Made by a program: the position numbers and the translations under genes
Shown: piece by piece, positions 59,121 to 64,000 of the stretch
How the letters are laid out: every line of letters begins with the position of its first letter
Position numbering within the stretch: the stretch's first letter is position 1
Origin: the human T2T-CHM13v2.0 reference genome, Homo sapiens
NCBI RefSeq assembly: GCF_009914755.1
Contig: NC_060930.1
Length of the DNA: 64,000 nucleotides
Direction: 5' to 3' (one strand)
Notes under the pieces: generated by a model
Database searches by the model: none
What the model saw: only the letters and a program-made list of their open reading frames with translations
What the model was told of the DNA's origin: nothing

Positions 59121-59899
59121 GGAAAGTCTTAGCATATAGTAAGTATTCAATTAATGCTAGCTCTCATTATTATCATTATTATGATTTTATATAAGCTATT
59201 GTTCAATGTCTATGTTTATGAATGAGTAAATTAAAATATATTAATTAAAATTAACTAACTATAGCAGTGTTTCTTGTTAGTCCAATATTCTAAATTTAAT
59301 TAAAAAGTATTTTATTTCAGAAAATACCTTTTTATGTGATGAAACTTTCAAATTTGAACTTTTACCAGACTTCACATCTTTGAACTGAATTCGAACATGT
59401 CCCTTTGTAGGGACATGGATGAAGCTGGAAACCATCCATGATGTAAAGTCTTCAGCATTTAAAAACATTTTTGGTATCTTTATCTTTGTTTGCTACTTCT
59501 TAAATTTTTTTGTGTCTGTGGCTTGCTTTGTACTTGAAAGCACCAATTATTGAAAATAATTGCTCTTGGACATCATTCTCTCCTTCCTCCAAAAAAATAA
59601 AAAATAAAAATTCATGGTTTTATTATTTCTTTTACCATTTCTTTTACCATTTTTTCTCAGTTATCTAGTAAAGTCTTTTAAAGTCTATCTGATTTTATTT
59701 TAGAATAGTTCTTTTACTATTTCTTGAATGTTTTTCTTTTCTTCTTAACCATTATTAAGTAACAGCATTTTTAACCCATAATGAATATTTTAGAGTAATT
59801 TTAAAGAATGGTTTTGAATGAAAGATGGGTGTTAGGTTTATTTCAAAAAGCCACCTATTTTGCTTATAGTGACATTAAACCCACCACTACATCATAAAA

Positions 59900-60165
59900 A
59901 TTTAACTACAAATTATATCAGAAATCCACTGATTCCTCTTTGTCTCCACAGTCACTATATTTACGGGCATCAACTTCACTTCTCATCTTCACAACTTCAG
60001 GAACACTCACTGGTCTCCAGCATTCCACTCTTTCCTCATTTAATTTATTCTTCACACAGCAGCCAAGCTGTATGTTTTAAAATACAAATCAATCATTCCA
60101 TGACATTTATTAAGTCATTCCAATGAATTCCTATTACACAGTAATAAAAAATCTTTTTAAAATTA
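59900..60165 (+). mobile_element. L2 fragment
   Basis: ttcttcacacagcagcca...ttttaaaatacaaatc. Confidence 0.55.
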
Positions 60166-60243
60166 TGAAATGAAACTCACTTCCAGGGAAATGTACGATA
60201 TATAAATGTATAATGTAACTAATAATTATACGTTAATACCAGC

Positions 60244-61782
60244 TGTCTTAGTTTTGGGGTTAACCAAGCTTAGGAAAAGCTTAAGACAAATGCTTAGATG
60301 CACGCAGTATGTTTGGAAGGAACTGCCAGGGACCAGGAGCAAGGAGTGAGATAAAGGCAAAAAGGCCAAAATGAGAAAACTCTATTGACCTTACTCCAGT
60401 GGCAAGTACAAGTTCTACTCCATTAGGAACTCAGGGAAACATAACGAATGGTTCCTGTAGTTGTCTGTTGAAAAGATAGAATGGATCATTTATCCATCAG
60501 CTTTCATCCACATTTTTTGAAGATTGCCCCAGGGAGAATCTACTTTCCCACATGTGACAGACTTCTTATGCCTTCACGCTTAGTGGACTCCCACTGCTTC
60601 TGAGACAGTCCTGTGGCAGAAATCTGAAATATGTACAGAACAATGGAGGTGAGATACCACCAACTTCAGGTCATGTTAACATGGAACTTTTCAATGCATT
60701 AAAGGTCAAAGTTAATTTGGTGGTCAAAAGGATGTGATATTGGGCAGCAGAAAACGTCAATCAAAATCCATCCCATTAATTACTCACATATTCTGGTGCC
60801 CCAAATTAAATCTCCTCTTTAGAATATTTCAAAATAGTGGTCAGGTACAATCTCAATAAAATACTTATTTAAGAAGGCTGTTGTAACAAATTAGTCTTCT
60901 ATAGAAGCTGTCTTATCATCTCCCTCTTTTACTAACCTTACTAGCTTTCCTTTACTTTCAGTGAATACTTCAGCTGATCTAGAATGCTAACCTTGTGGAG
61001 TGACCCAGACTGCCATATCTGAAAGATCTGGGCTATTGGTTTCATTGTCCTTGCTGCCAGGTATGGTTGCTGAAAATACCTAAACAAGGTTATTACAGGC
61101 CATGAAGCAAAAGATGAGTCCTCTGAGTTTAACACGTATGTATACTACTCTTTTACTCCATTCTGTTGCAGAAAACTTCTCTTGAAAATAATTGGGATCA
61201 AAGACTCTATTCGTTATGGTGTTTACTGGTTATCAAATTGCTCAAAGTAACCAGAGAGCAGGGTTGCTGATTATTAGGGCTATCCTCAGTGGTTTGTCAT
61301 TGAAGTCTTATCTTCAACGCCACAGAAGGCACATAGTTCCAAGGGCATTCAGAATACTAATCTACTTCCTATTCTTCAGGATTAGTTAGCATGATATTAA
61401 TAATATAAGACCAGTGTGGAAGTCTAAGGAATAATAACTTAATTAAGGCTCCTGGGACTATGTCATTTCTGAGAATAGGAGAGTCACCATAGCCATAAAG
61501 CAAAGATGGTGAATTTGTACTGTAGTACTTTGCGCCTAAAAGTGAATGGGTTTTTGATCCTCTTTAATGATGGAAATTGGAAATAACACGTTTTTCAATT
61601 CAGCAACAGCATATCAAGTGCTGGAGGATTTGTTAATTTGCTTAACTAAAGGGGCACAAGTTTAAGGAAGTACATCTAACCCACAATAATTGGATTTGTG
61701 CAAGGACTACACATGCCAATTAACTGTGAAAAGGATGAGACGATGCCTCCTGTGTCCTTTGTCTTTGAAGAAAATGATTACC
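60244..61782 (-). mobile_element. Old ERVL-class LTR (~60244-60770) with probable adjoining internal remnant
   Basis: tgtcttagtt terminus and ERVL-LTR-like motifs; family uncertain. Confidence 0.4.

Positions 61783-64000
<2,218 letters not shown>

Overview
Primate (very probably human) AT-rich, repeat-dominated genomic DNA with no multi-exon gene that I can support. It contains Alu, L1, L2, MIR, HAL1, MaLR/ERVL/ERV1 LTRs and DNA transposons. The centrepiece is a young processed retrocopy of ADH5 (class III ADH / formaldehyde dehydrogenase / GSNOR) on the minus strand at 27811-30399. It is bounded by a perfect 15-bp TSD, copies the long 3'UTR isoform and sits inside an old L1M. Its 369-codon ORF is uninterrupted. 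The parental ATG has become ATT and codon 6 has become a new ATG. All Zn ligands are kept, but several radical substitutions suggest neutral drift or a pseudoenzyme. Upstream on the same strand lie an LTR7B-type solo LTR, a MER41A and a full THE1 provirus whose 5' LTR keeps a DUX4-type motif and a strong splice donor, so LTR-driven expression is a testable but speculative hypothesis. Other notable structure includes templated-insertion scars, a probable processed MER41 copy, a probable twin-primed L1, two exon-like units and several palindromes. Repeat subfamily names and ADH5 comparisons are from memory and need RepeatMasker/BLAST confirmation.
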